Origin: a virus
Reading direction: 5' to 3' (one strand)
Virus record (IMG/VR): IMGVR_UViG_3300035681_000021
Span: 2,412 to 66,411 of that record
Length of the DNA stretch: 64,000 nt
The notes beneath the pieces were generated by a model. That model saw only the letters and a list, made by a program, of their open reading frames with translations. It searched no databases and had not been told where the DNA came from. The translations under genes and the position numbers were made by a program. Of this stretch, positions 20,825 through 29,747 are shown piece after piece. How positions within the stretch are numbered: position 1 is the stretch's first letter; each line of letters opens with the position of its first letter.

Positions 20825-22387
20825 TTAAATATTTTTAACTTCGCTGTCGAACATATCAACCAACAACTTGTGGTCGTTTACTTTACCGGCCATTGCCGTG
20901 AATAGTTTTTTCTCAATAGGGCTTGACTCAATGTGTACCACAGTAACTTTGTCAGAGTCTTGACCTTTCCGATCTGCGCGGGCAATACACTGTGTGTACA
21001 TCTCCACGCTCATCAGCGGGCCAAAAAACACCACGGTGTCAGCGGCAGTTAGGGTAATCCCGTGGGCGGTTGCTTGTGGTTGCAAGACAAGCACGCGTAT
21101 CTTGTCAGTGGTCTGGAAGTCGCCAATGATTTGTCCGCGCTTGCTGGCGCTCACGTCGCCGTGAATTTGTCCCACGGCATAGCCCTGCTTGGTCAGATGC
21201 GTAACGATGGTAGCTATGCTGGAGCGGAACAACGCGAAGATTATGACCTTACGTTCTGTCTCCTCAAGCACTTCGTCGAGCACATGCAAACGCGGAGATG
21301 CGTCGAACTCAACAACCTCCCTGTCGTCTGTGTAGGCGGCACCACATGATATTTGTAGCAACTTGTTTACCGCAACACCGGCGTTAACTGCGCTGATTAT
21401 TTCTCCCGCCGCACGCACCATCATCTGTTCTTTCAACAGCCTGTAGTACTTGTTCTGTTGCGGTGTCATCGGTACTTCACGCGTTACTGTGATGACTGGT
21501 GGTAAGTCAAGGCACTGCCCTTTTGTGAAACGGATTGCTGGTTGCAACGCTTCGTACACAAGCGACCTTGCGTTGTCTTTGGGTGTCCACTTGAACATGG
21601 TTATCTTGTTCATCACCTTGTCGCGCCACGCTGTTTGGAACTTGGGCACACCGCTTGGGTTAACCAATCGTGCAAGGCCGTACGCATCAACAGGCGACTG
21701 TGATGCTGGAGTGCCTGTCATCATCCACAGATATGTCTCAGGTTTGATGATGGATGCCAGCGCCTTCCAACGCCGTGTTGATGGGTTCTTGTATGCGTTG
21801 GCCTCATCGACGATCACCAAGTCAAAGCGCCCATCATTACGTATCTCATCAGCAATCAGGTTCAACCCATCGTAGTTGACAATGACGATTTCGTAGTCAC
21901 GTTGAATCATCTCTATGCGACGCGATGCTTGTTGATGGTGGGCAACGATGGCGCTTCTGTGCATTGTGCTTTTCATGATGTCGCCCATCCACGCACTGTG
22001 CATGATTGACAACGGGCACAGCACCAACACTCTGCGCACTTCACTGCGTTCCATCAAGTAGTCAGCCGCCCACAAGGCAGCAAGCGTCTTACCAGTGCCG
22101 GGGTCGTTGAAACAGAATGCTCTGCGATGTAGCGTCAAGAACGCCGCTGTTTCAATTTGGTGATCCATAGGCTTGTGCTTGCCCGGCCATCCATAGCGTC
22201 CCTTGATTGGAGACGGAACATCTTTCACACCAAGGTTTTTTAATACACGACTTTCGTCAAGCCCCCAGTAAACAGCAACTTGATAGATGCCATCTTCTTC
22301 ACCGATTACTTTGTGCTTTGGAATGATGCTGTACTTGCTCGGGTCGCGTGTGCGTAGCACCAACGCTTTGTTGTCAATAATTTCCAT
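20825..22387 (-). CDS. SNF2-family helicase
   Basis: DPGTGKT, IVDEA, MTGTP, GITLTAAD, QCIARADRKGQ motifs. Confidence 0.92.
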   Translation of the reverse strand: MEIIDNKALVLRTRDPSKYSIIPKHKVIGEEDGIYQVAVYWGLDESRVLKNLGVKDVPSPIKGRYGWPGKHKPMDHQIETAAFLTLHRRAFCFNDPGTGKTLAALWAADYLMERSEVRRVLVLCPLSIMHSAWMGDIMKSTMHRSAIVAHHQQASRRIEMIQRDYEIVIVNYDGLNLIADEIRNDGRFDLVIVDEANAYKNPSTRRWKALASIIKPETYLWMMTGTPASQSPVDAYGLARLVNPSGVPKFQTAWRDKVMNKITMFKWTPKDNARSLVYEALQPAIRFTKGQCLDLPPVITVTREVPMTPQQNKYYRLLKEQMMVRAAGEIISAVNAGVAVNKLLQISCGAAYTDDREVVEFDASPRLHVLDEVLEETERKVIIFALFRSSIATIVTHLTKQGYAVGQIHGDVSASKRGQIIGDFQTTDKIRVLVLQPQATAHGITLTAADTVVFFGPLMSVEMYTQCIARADRKGQDSDKVTVVHIESSPIEKKLFTAMAGKVNDHKLLVDMFDSEVKNI

Positions 22388-22706
22388 TTCTTCTTCCCAG
22401 TACGTAGTACGTTATTTTTTCATCAGTATCAATTTTTAAGTCAGTGTAGTGCGACACTAGATTTCTGTTCATCAACTCTTGCGCTACTTTAACAATCTGT
22501 TCTTCTCTTATTTCATCCATGTGTTTCAGTGTTACTGCACGACTGCCAAACCGCGCCATCCATAAATTTTTTAAAGTTTCAGTTGGCACATCTGTGTACT
22601 CTGTTGTTATATGTCCGGGCGGATGAAGTGTGTTTATATGGACATCATCGTCTTTAAAAACTACGCGTGGGTCTGTCCAACCAAAAATGTTTTGAAGCCT
22701 ACTCAT
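22374..22706 (-). CDS. Hypothetical protein (paralog 3 of a triplet)
   Basis: VPTETLKNLWMARFG motif; coupled to neighbours. Confidence 0.65.
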   Translation of the reverse strand: MSRLQNIFGWTDPRVVFKDDDVHINTLHPPGHITTEYTDVPTETLKNLWMARFGSRAVTLKHMDEIREEQIVKVAQELMNRNLVSHYTDLKIDTDEKITYYVLGRRNGNY

Positions 22707-23140
22707 GCGTCCTCCTTCAGTCGCGCCCACGGCGTGTTGCTGGCGTGGAACTCAACTTCTTCCATGAGTTTATTTCTGTGAAGTCTTCCTGATGCGTCCG
22801 ACCAGAACTCGTCATCTATCTCAGACACGTCTACCCACAAGTCGCCAAACTTTACACGCCACATATCTACCAGTCTTGATAGCGGGATGGCATACGCCTC
22901 GCGTTGGTTGGGGTCGTCTACGCCGCGCATGTTGCTTACTATTCTTGATTTTATTGTTTGTGCTCGCGCTGCCCCATACATATTCATCTGCTGTGCTGCT
23001 TGTATGTTGTGCGTTACTTGTGCTTGTTGCATAGCTTGCTGCACTCCCATGCCCATACCTGCATTTCGTGTGCCTTGTGCATTAGCGTACGCTTCTAGTT
23101 TTTCTTTCAGGTCTTCACCCAATGTTTTCATTTTTCCCAC
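22703..23140 (-). CDS. Hypothetical protein (paralog 2 of a triplet)
   Basis: IPLSRLVDMWRVKFG motif; RBS AGGAGAAGCAA before GTG. Confidence 0.7.
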   Translation of the reverse strand: MGKMKTLGEDLKEKLEAYANAQGTRNAGMGMGVQQAMQQAQVTHNIQAAQQMNMYGAARAQTIKSRIVSNMRGVDDPNQREAYAIPLSRLVDMWRVKFGDLWVDVSEIDDEFWSDASGRLHRNKLMEEVEFHASNTPWARLKEDA

Positions 23141-23152
23141 TTGCTTCTCCTT

Positions 23153-23362
23153 TTATTGCTCTGGCATGCGGCATACATACCGCGCTCTATCTGTTAAAAA
23201 ATGGACTTCAACTTCTCCGAGTTGTTTAAGTCTCTTGAACGCTGTGTTAAAGAACTCATCGTCCTCTAGCTCAGTTAGGTCTATCCACTTGTTTCCATAA
23301 CGTGCTACCCACAAATCAATTAGTCTGTTGACGGGGATGTTGAACGCTTCGGAGTCAAGCAT
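23153..23362 (-). CDS. Hypothetical protein (paralog 1 of a triplet; start uncertain)
   Basis: IPVNRLIDLWVARYG motif. Confidence 0.6.
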   Translation of the reverse strand: MLDSEAFNIPVNRLIDLWVARYGNKWIDLTELEDDEFFNTAFKRLKQLGEVEVHFLTDRARYVCRMPEQ

Positions 23363-23429
23363 TGCTGTTGTGACTTCACTTTCAACAACAAGTTTGGCGT
23401 GTAGTGCACAGTCTGCAATTTTTACGCGG

Positions 23430-23693
23430 CTACCGCTTGATACTGTGGTCAGATTTACGCTCGAAGCTCCTGTTGTCTGATGCAGATTTGACGCGTAGAT
23501 TGCCTCGAACTGTTGCGCCGCCTTTTGAAAGAGGCTTTTTGTGGTCGACATCTTTTCCATCTCCTTTGTGTACAAGCCCTTCTTTCATAAGCATTGCGCG
23601 TGCTTTGTTTCGAGCGGCTCTTTTTTTAATGATTTCTGGTTTCTGTTCGTACTTTGCGTACGACGGACGGTCTTCTGGATTTTTGTAAGGCAT
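23430..23693 (-). CDS. HNH-type endonuclease
   Basis: DVDHKKPLSKGG...NLRV...NRS. Confidence 0.75.
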   Translation of the reverse strand: MPYKNPEDRPSYAKYEQKPEIIKKRAARNKARAMLMKEGLVHKGDGKDVDHKKPLSKGGATVRGNLRVKSASDNRSFERKSDHSIKR

Positions 23694-23702
23694 GAGTGTT
23701 CC

Positions 23703-24368
23703 TTAGTGTTTTGGATTGAACTCGCATGTTTTCACCGGACACCAACCGCACAGAGGCGTTTGGTTTGGGTTCCACACATCGTTTGCGAATGATGCTTCTA
23801 GCCGCGCATAGCGTTCACGGTAACCCCACCAATGTTTTTTTGCTTCGTCCGATGTCATTGTCATCTTTACAAAGTCGTTCTTCACAAGAAATAACAACGC
23901 TGAGTTAACTCTGCGTATGTGGGGGAAGTGCGCAAACACCATGATTGACATGAGCACAAGTTGATCGCGGTCTGGGTACTTGTTGTTGCCGGTCTTGTAG
24001 TCTGCCACCCATGCGGTCAGGTTCTCGTCATCAACAATTAACAGGTCTGCGATGCCACGCACCCATACGTTATCTGCTTTCCAACTTGTTGGCAAGAGGT
24101 CTGAAGTCAACGCCATCTCATACTCAGCCAGCTTACGGCCAGACTTATTCAGCAACGCATCCACCACAGGTTGGAACTGCGCGTACTCAGGCGGGATTGG
24201 TTTGCCCTCCTTGACATACATCTCCAACGCTTCGTGGACTTGATTGCCGTACCGCGTTGCCTCAGTCTCTGTGAACGGGTAGTTCTTCAGTACCTTGACT
24301 TCTTGGTAACGGCGCTGACAACCCTCAAAGTCTTTGAGGGAAGAGTGTGACCATGCTGGTTTTTTCAT
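23703..24368 (-). CDS. PD-(D/E)XK exonuclease (Cas4/RecB-like)
   Basis: WSHSSL, GNQVH, GIADL, DYKTG, Q-x3, CGWCPVKTC. Confidence 0.85.
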   Translation of the reverse strand: MKKPAWSHSSLKDFEGCQRRYQEVKVLKNYPFTETEATRYGNQVHEALEMYVKEGKPIPPEYAQFQPVVDALLNKSGRKLAEYEMALTSDLLPTSWKADNVWVRGIADLLIVDDENLTAWVADYKTGNNKYPDRDQLVLMSIMVFAHFPHIRRVNSALLFLVKNDFVKMTMTSDEAKKHWWGYRERYARLEASFANDVWNPNQTPLCGWCPVKTCEFNPKH

Positions 24369-24661
24369 AGTTGGGCTGAGTCCACGGCAAGGGATAAGCG
24401 GTTGGCAAATGCTGTCACAAACTTCTCGTCGTAACACAGGGTGCTGTTCATGTCGTGTAGTACGGCATGCGTCAACTCGTGCCAGAACGTGTCAGCCATT
24501 TCTGCTTTGTTGAGTTTGTTGCCCTGCTCATCATGTGTCGCCATCCAAATGATGCCGTGCTGATAGTCAATCGCGGCAAGGGTGTTCTTTGTCCTTGCTT
24601 GTTTGACCTTGATGATTGCGTAGGTCTTGGTGCCTACTGTTATTTTCTTGGGTATTTGCAT
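24365..24661 (-). CDS. Small HExxH metallopeptidase-like protein
   Basis: TFWHELTHAVL...DEKFV. Confidence 0.6.
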   Translation of the reverse strand: MQIPKKITVGTKTYAIIKVKQARTKNTLAAIDYQHGIIWMATHDEQGNKLNKAEMADTFWHELTHAVLHDMNSTLCYDEKFVTAFANRLSLAVDSAQL

Positions 24662-24671
24662 GATGCTCTCC

Positions 24672-26639
24672 TCATGATTTTGCTAACCCGTACCTACGGT
24701 GCGCACCACCGTCAGCGGCCAAGGGTATCCCCGGCATGTAACTCGGTTCCATAGTCATCTGCGCCAAGACCCAAGTCTTAGCGTCAGCAACTTCTTCATC
24801 CGGCACAACAGCGATCAACTCGTCGTGCACCGTTCCAGCGATGGGGTACTTCTTCGATACCCTCAACATGCCATCCGTCATCACGATTCTGGCAAGCGCT
24901 TGCGTCACATTGTTCGTTATCTTACCTGCATACAGCTTCGTTGCACGCTCTCCGTACACCCACTGCGGTTTGCCGTTATCACCCTGTTCAAGGCGAAGAT
25001 TGGGGTACAGAAGTTTCATTCCGTTTGGTAATTCTATCTCGCCTTTGCGGAATGTCAAACACTTGTGCTTGTGCTCTTTACCCAGATACAAACATCTGGT
25101 TATAAGCTCGCTGAACAACCCCCACATGGACACAATCGGCCAAGCAGTACGGCGATAGGTGTCGATGATTGCCTTGGCGGCGAGGGCGTGGGTCAAGAGT
25201 TCTTTGTCAGAACAAGTGTGGGGGATGTCGAACAGCTTGGTATCGTTGCCGTCCCAGCTGGCAAACTCCTGTGCGTACTCAGAGTTAACCCCTAACGCCT
25301 TGGCGAAGTCTTTGGAGTACCTGACAGGCGGCGCACCAAGGAACCCCACAAGAAGCTGGGACGCGAACGATGCCCAACCGAGACCATACCCGCAACCCAA
25401 GAGCGCACTCTTCGCAGACTGCCGGAGGTCGGGATGCGAGTCCTTAGTAAGTCCGGGTATGTTAAACATCTGCGCTCCGAACGCCGCGTAAGGGTCACCA
25501 CCTGACCTGAAGATGTCAAGCATCTCATAGTAATCCGAAAGCCACGCGAGTACTCGCGGTTCAATTTGTGAGAGGTCACCGACGACCAGACTGTACCCTT
25601 CGGGAGCCATAATCGCTTTGCGTAAGAAACTTCCACGCTTGAGGTTTTGCATGTTGATTGCTGAACCTTTTGCTGCCGTCCACCTGCCCGAGAGAGCACC
25701 GTAATACGAGAGCGGAACCGGTAGTTTGCCGCGCTGGCTAATGTCAAGGAAGCGTTGTGCACGTGTGCGCTCGGTTGTGGATTTAACTTTAAGGCGTGCC
25801 TCACAAAGGAGGGCAACGTCTTCACGTTCACCGTTGAGCAACGCTTGGAAGAGGGCATCATTCTTTGCAAAAGCGTACGTCGTTTTGCCGGTAGTTTTAC
25901 TGACCTTAGTCGGGGGAGTAACCCCGAGGCTTTCAAGTACGTTTGCAAACTTCGGGTTCGACGCAAGCTCAACTTCTTGTATGCCGAGTTTTTGTAGTAG
26001 TCCTTCACGCAGTTCTCCTTCTTCTGTCAGTGCTTTGATAAGCATCTTGCTGTCAAGCTCAAGCTGTGGTCGTGTGTACATCTTGAGCGTCATGTCGATC
26101 AGACGCAATTCGGATTTGGGATAACCGGCTGAGAGTCGTTTGAAGATTTCCTCGCACAGGTACACATCATGGGCACAGTACTCGGCGAGTTCTCGTTCAA
26201 TGGTAACGTCCAGTTCAAGTAGTCCGTTGGTGCTGTGTACAGCTGTTCCTTTAGCAGGGAGTCCAAAAGCTTCTGCAAGTTTGGCGAGGGAATTACCAAC
26301 CTCCACGCCGCGTAAAGCTCGCGCCATTGATAGTGTGTCGAAGATGAATGCTGGTCTGGCGTTATATATCCACTCCATAATGGATACATCGAACTGTGCG
26401 TTGTGCGCAAGCACTGCGGTTCGTCCCCAGTTGATTCCAGAAAAGTATTCACGTAGTCCATCTCCTCCAACCCATTCAATTGGACTATCGGCTCCGAACT
26501 CATGTACGCATACTCCAAATGCTTGAAACCTTTTGTCACGGATGTACTCCTCTGTTGTCATTTTTGATAATGTGTACTCTTTGCTGTCCCACCGAGTTTC
26601 AAAGTCGATGGTCAGGATGCGGTCAAATGGTTTTGTCAA
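24672..26639 (-). CDS. Family A DNA polymerase with 3'-5' exonuclease
   Basis: DFET, HNAQFD, YCAHD exonuclease motifs; DLSQIE (A), RQSAKSALLGCGYG (B), VHDE (C); TTG start. Confidence 0.93.
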   Translation of the reverse strand: MTKPFDRILTIDFETRWDSKEYTLSKMTTEEYIRDKRFQAFGVCVHEFGADSPIEWVGGDGLREYFSGINWGRTAVLAHNAQFDVSIMEWIYNARPAFIFDTLSMARALRGVEVGNSLAKLAEAFGLPAKGTAVHSTNGLLELDVTIERELAEYCAHDVYLCEEIFKRLSAGYPKSELRLIDMTLKMYTRPQLELDSKMLIKALTEEGELREGLLQKLGIQEVELASNPKFANVLESLGVTPPTKVSKTTGKTTYAFAKNDALFQALLNGEREDVALLCEARLKVKSTTERTRAQRFLDISQRGKLPVPLSYYGALSGRWTAAKGSAINMQNLKRGSFLRKAIMAPEGYSLVVGDLSQIEPRVLAWLSDYYEMLDIFRSGGDPYAAFGAQMFNIPGLTKDSHPDLRQSAKSALLGCGYGLGWASFASQLLVGFLGAPPVRYSKDFAKALGVNSEYAQEFASWDGNDTKLFDIPHTCSDKELLTHALAAKAIIDTYRRTAWPIVSMWGLFSELITRCLYLGKEHKHKCLTFRKGEIELPNGMKLLYPNLRLEQGDNGKPQWVYGERATKLYAGKITNNVTQALARIVMTDGMLRVSKKYPIAGTVHDELIAVVPDEEVADAKTWVLAQMTMEPSYMPGIPLAADGGAHRRYGLAKS

Positions 26640-26905
26640 TTAAATGCCTCCTTTGGGGGAGCGTCCATAATGTTTAAGAATCCGAAAAAACTGTTGACCT
26701 CCAGCAGCATCTCTGCGGCTTCCATTTCGTCACAGTTCATCGTGGTGAGGGATGTTATCTCGCCCTCTTTTTTAACCATCAGCACAGCTTGGTTTGGGTT
26801 GGGGCCGTAGCATGTGACCAGCGCCAGCACAGACATCTTGAAGTGCAGCTTCTCGTCATCATCCATCAGCGTCAAACGTTTTTCTAATGCGTCTTCGTCT
26901 TTCAT
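26636..26905 (-). CDS. Hypothetical protein
   Basis: 89 aa, coupled on both sides. Confidence 0.65.
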   Translation of the reverse strand: MKDEDALEKRLTLMDDDEKLHFKMSVLALVTCYGPNPNQAVLMVKKEGEITSLTTMNCDEMEAAEMLLEVNSFFGFLNIMDAPPKEAFN

Positions 26906-27186
26906 GTCAGTACCTTTCTAAGTTCGTTTATGTTGTCTTCGTTCACCACCATTGCTACTCCCCCTGCGCTTCTTATGCGGCGCATATGTTCTTCTTGTAG
27001 TGCGGTTGGTTTATTCTTCCCCGCCTTTGCCTCTACCCCAATGAACACACCATTGGCGCATACAAGAAAGTCTGGCACCCCTGAGTTGCCGTAGCCTGTG
27101 CCGATTGGCATGGCGTAGTACACGCCCAGCTCGTCCAACAGTTTCCTGATTTGTTTTTTAACTTTTACTTCCGGTGTCGATGCCAT
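26902..27186 (-). CDS. VRR-NUC nuclease (Holliday-junction resolvase-like)
   Basis: PEVKVK, GVPDF, GVEAK, PTALQ, AGGVAMVV. Confidence 0.88.
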   Translation of the reverse strand: MASTPEVKVKKQIRKLLDELGVYYAMPIGTGYGNSGVPDFLVCANGVFIGVEAKAGKNKPTALQEEHMRRIRSAGGVAMVVNEDNINELRKVLT

Positions 27187-27201
27187 ACAGTTTCCTTTGA
27201 A

Positions 27202-27356
27202 TTGGTGAGGGGGTCAAGTAGATTCCGCGCCCCCTCGGTTCGCGGTTGGAAAGCTGAACAACAGCGTAGTCCAATGCTAAGCGGCGCTGTTGTTCGTGGT
27301 GCAGTGGTTACATCTACTAGGTTTGCACAGACCACATTAAATACCCCCGCTTAGCT
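27202..27356 (-). ncRNA. Candidate multi-pseudoknot structured RNA
   Basis: Seven complementary segment pairs (5-11 bp) fill the intergenic space; see findings. Confidence 0.6.
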
Positions 27357-27358
27357 GG

Positions 27359-27523
27359 TTACGATTTTTTCTCTGACAATAAACGTTTTTTTCTGCTCTC
27401 TGTGAGCACTTGCTTGAGCCATTTAGTTGCTCCTAGCAACTTCCATTCCTCGTATTGCCACACCGTCAACCGTGTGCCAATGCGTTTTTGTGTTGTTGTC
27501 AATTCAGTCTTGGGTCTTGGCAT
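27359..27523 (-). CDS. Small basic putative DNA-binding protein (54 aa, not in ORF track)
   Basis: MPRPKTELTTTQKRIGTRLTVWQYEEWKLLGATKWLKQVL... Confidence 0.6.
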   Translation of the reverse strand: MPRPKTELTTTQKRIGTRLTVWQYEEWKLLGATKWLKQVLTESRKKRLLSEKKS

Positions 27524-27666
27524 TTGTGGTCATCTCCAGCGGACTTGGTTAAAAATATAAGGTAACAGTTACTGCACCGCCATACAAGACCTTCTTGCAC
27601 GACCGTTCTGCGCTCCCCGTGTTCCCCACGCGATTTACCAAAAAATGTTCTGATTGCTTCAAGCAT
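27499..27666 (-). CDS. Small zinc-finger-like protein
   Basis: WRCSNC...F...H-x-C. Confidence 0.55.
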   Translation of the reverse strand: MLEAIRTFFGKSRGEHGERRTVVQEGLVWRCSNCYLIFLTKSAGDDHKCQDPRLN

Positions 27667-27844
27667 GTCTACTCCAGTCTGTGTATCCAAGAATTTTCAT
27701 CATAGCTGTCTCATGGATTGCGTCCCCCCAATAGCGAACGCCGCCTTCTGTTACAACGAACCGCCATAGCGTCCCATAGTCATCGGTCGTGTACCAAACA
27801 TCTCGCGTCGTGAGTCTGCCGTTGATGTCGTGTACCTCAAGCAC
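27659..27844 (-). CDS. Hypothetical protein
   Basis: 61 aa, GTG start after AAGGAG, packed in operon. Confidence 0.5.
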   Translation of the reverse strand: MLEVHDINGRLTTRDVWYTTDDYGTLWRFVVTEGGVRYWGDAIHETAMMKILGYTDWSRHA

Positions 27845-28046
27845 CTTGTTGCTCCTTCCATCGTTTACACATACGTTTCACAGTATCAGTTTGGTGTCTT
27901 TTGTCTTTTCTCAAACAGATTTCACTTAGCTGTCGTTCTTTTGCTTTTTGCTTCAGCGTTTTTTCCACTGGCGGCGTGGGTTCGGGGAACAAGCCATTCC
28001 ACCCTGTTGCCATAAGCGCCACGCTGAGTATGAGTCGGTCAATCAT
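27837..28046 (-). CDS. Hypothetical protein with hydrophobic N-terminus
   Basis: 69 aa, coupled. Confidence 0.55.
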   Translation of the reverse strand: MIDRLILSVALMATGWNGLFPEPTPPVEKTLKQKAKERQLSEICLRKDKRHQTDTVKRMCKRWKEQQGA

Positions 28047-28300
28047 GTGTTGAGTTCCTTGAGTTTGGCTTCAATGCTCTTTGCAAATGATGTGACCATA
28101 GTCATGGTGCTTCTGTCGGGTTTTGTGGCTTCTTCCCACAAATTCCTAATTTCTTCTCCCTCTAGCCCTACCCATGTGCGCCGTGTGTACAAGGGGACGC
28201 GATCTAAATTTGCGACAGTCGGCGTATGCCATTTGATCGGCTCTGCAAATTCCAGTCTGCGCTTTTCAACATTTATGTATGCAATTGGTTCTTGTGTCAT
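28043..28300 (-). CDS. Hypothetical phage protein
   Basis: EPIAY...PLYT...WVGL...FAKSIEAKLKELN pattern common in small phage proteins. Confidence 0.65.
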   Translation of the reverse strand: MTQEPIAYINVEKRRLEFAEPIKWHTPTVANLDRVPLYTRRTWVGLEGEEIRNLWEEATKPDRSTMTMVTSFAKSIEAKLKELNT

Positions 28301-28518
28301 GTGTAATCTCCCTCTTCCGTATGTTCAGTCAGTCTTGCCATCAGCCGTGCAATGCGTTGTTCGTTGTATTGAATAGCCGCATTGGCATACTCAGCCGCAG
28401 TCTCAGCTTCCAGCTTGCGCAGGTGTGCTTCCCGCAGTTCATTGGCAATGACTTCGTGAATCGTCCTAGCCCTCAACACTTCTTTGATGTATTTGACGGT
28501 GGTGGTTCTGAAACTCAT
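28297..28518 (-). CDS. Hypothetical coiled-coil protein
   Basis: 73 aa, ATGA-coupled. Confidence 0.65.
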   Translation of the reverse strand: MSFRTTTVKYIKEVLRARTIHEVIANELREAHLRKLEAETAAEYANAAIQYNEQRIARLMARLTEHTEEGDYT

Positions 28519-28715
28519 TGCTCTCTTGCCTTCATCATTGCGTCTGCCACCTTATGTGCGGCAAGTGCAGTGTCCTCAATGTCCATGTCGTGTCGCCAAT
28601 CAGAGCACGATAGCAACGCTTGCATAGCCTTTGCCGCAAAGTAGTCCCGCAGTGTCATGCCGGGGTTGTAAGGCGTAACCCCTGTGCCTGTTGGAAATGC
28701 TGGTGGGTTGTTCAT
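28515..28715 (-). CDS. Conserved small phage protein
   Basis: PAFP...GMTLRDYFAAKAMQA...ADAMMKAR motif. Confidence 0.75.
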   Translation of the reverse strand: MNNPPAFPTGTGVTPYNPGMTLRDYFAAKAMQALLSCSDWRHDMDIEDTALAAHKVADAMMKAREQ

Positions 28716-28876
28716 TTCTTCATTCCTCTTATGTAGATTGCAAACGAACTGATGGTGTCCTGACCAAAGCCATTCAACTTCTCAATGGCTAATGCCACTT
28801 CTTCGATAACACCATTGCGTAGCTCGTCATAGAACTCTTGCTGTGTCTTGGCTTGCTCTATTGGTTTATCGTTCAT
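28712..28876 (-). CDS. Hypothetical protein
   Basis: RNGVIEEVA...MKK; ATGA-coupled. Confidence 0.6.
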   Translation of the reverse strand: MNDKPIEQAKTQQEFYDELRNGVIEEVALAIEKLNGFGQDTISSFAIYIRGMKK

Positions 28877-29109
28877 TTCTTCATACTCCTTACAAGCTCT
28901 GCGGCACTGTCCATCCATCGTCTGCCCATGATGTCATCAGGTGAACATCCATCACGCGCCTTTTCAAAACGCTGTGCCACTTCTTCGATGACGTTGTTGC
29001 GTGCCTGTGACAATTCTGTCTGTCGTCTAACCAAGTCTTGTGCTATTTTGCTTAGTCGTTCAATGTTATCGAACGCCTCGTCCTCTTCAGGTGTTGTCGG
29101 TTCAATCAT
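28873..29109 (-). CDS. Hypothetical protein
   Basis: RNNVIEEVA...MKK; start reassigned to MIEPTT. Confidence 0.6.
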   Translation of the reverse strand: MIEPTTPEEDEAFDNIERLSKIAQDLVRRQTELSQARNNVIEEVAQRFEKARDGCSPDDIMGRRWMDSAAELVRSMKK

Positions 29110-29221
29110 CCTTGCCCCCATTCTGTAAAAAGTAAATTGCCGCAATAAACACTGCGCCAACAACCACCACCATGAACGCTCCAAACGCCATCAAGGTCAC
29201 AGTAACAAGTACATCCCACAT
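29102..29221 (-). CDS. 39-aa single-pass membrane peptide (not in ORF track)
   Basis: MWDVLVTVTLMAFGAFMVVVVGAVFIAAIYFLQNGGKDD; GGAGG RBS. Confidence 0.55.
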   Translation of the reverse strand: MWDVLVTVTLMAFGAFMVVVVGAVFIAAIYFLQNGGKDD

Positions 29222-29222
29222 G

Positions 29223-29747
29223 TCAACCTCCAAACAGCTTCTTCAGCTCATCATACAAAGCTCGCGCTTGTTTTAAGCCAATGTTGTTGATAATTGTGTC
29301 CGCATCCCACTGAGTTGTTATGGTACTTTTAGGTGTCAGCGCGGCAATGCCAGCACTCTTTGGCACCGCCTTCGGTTTACTCACAATCTTGTTGATGCGC
29401 TTACCCGCTGCTCTGAACTGTCTCGTTGACTTCAGCGGTGTGTAACTGGGTATACATACGGTATACCTCCCGTTGTGGTCTTTCACCATCTGGTTTTGTT
29501 TTGTGAACTGCGTAAGCAACGAGCCTATCGACCCTGAGTTGAACCCCCTTGCAACAAGTACTGAGCGTATCTCACCGCTGGTCTTGTTTGGGTTGTTCTT
29601 GACATAGTTGAATGTCTCTTGCGTCACGTTGTTGGTTGGCGTGAATTGTTGTGGTAATGCTTTCACTTTTTTCTCCTGTTGAATTTGTTTGTCGTCTTGT
29701 TCCCACGTTGAAAGCGCAGTGGACAGCGCGGTCTTTAAATCAGGCAT
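29223..29747 (-). CDS. Hypothetical protein, possible winged helix
   Basis: 174 aa; RBS AGGAGAAGCA. Confidence 0.65.
   Translation of the reverse strand: MPDLKTALSTALSTWEQDDKQIQQEKKVKALPQQFTPTNNVTQETFNYVKNNPNKTSGEIRSVLVARGFNSGSIGSLLTQFTKQNQMVKDHNGRYTVCIPSYTPLKSTRQFRAAGKRINKIVSKPKAVPKSAGIAALTPKSTITTQWDADTIINNIGLKQARALYDELKKLFGG

Noticed and set aside
23363-23575. Long form of the 140-aa ORF
   Set aside because: Overlaps the HNH gene; similarity to the paralogs begins only near 23362
27202-27356. Canonical tRNA or tmRNA
   Set aside because: No T-loop GTTCRA or cloverleaf, and too short for tmRNA; only the 7-bp helix plus ACCA is tRNA-like
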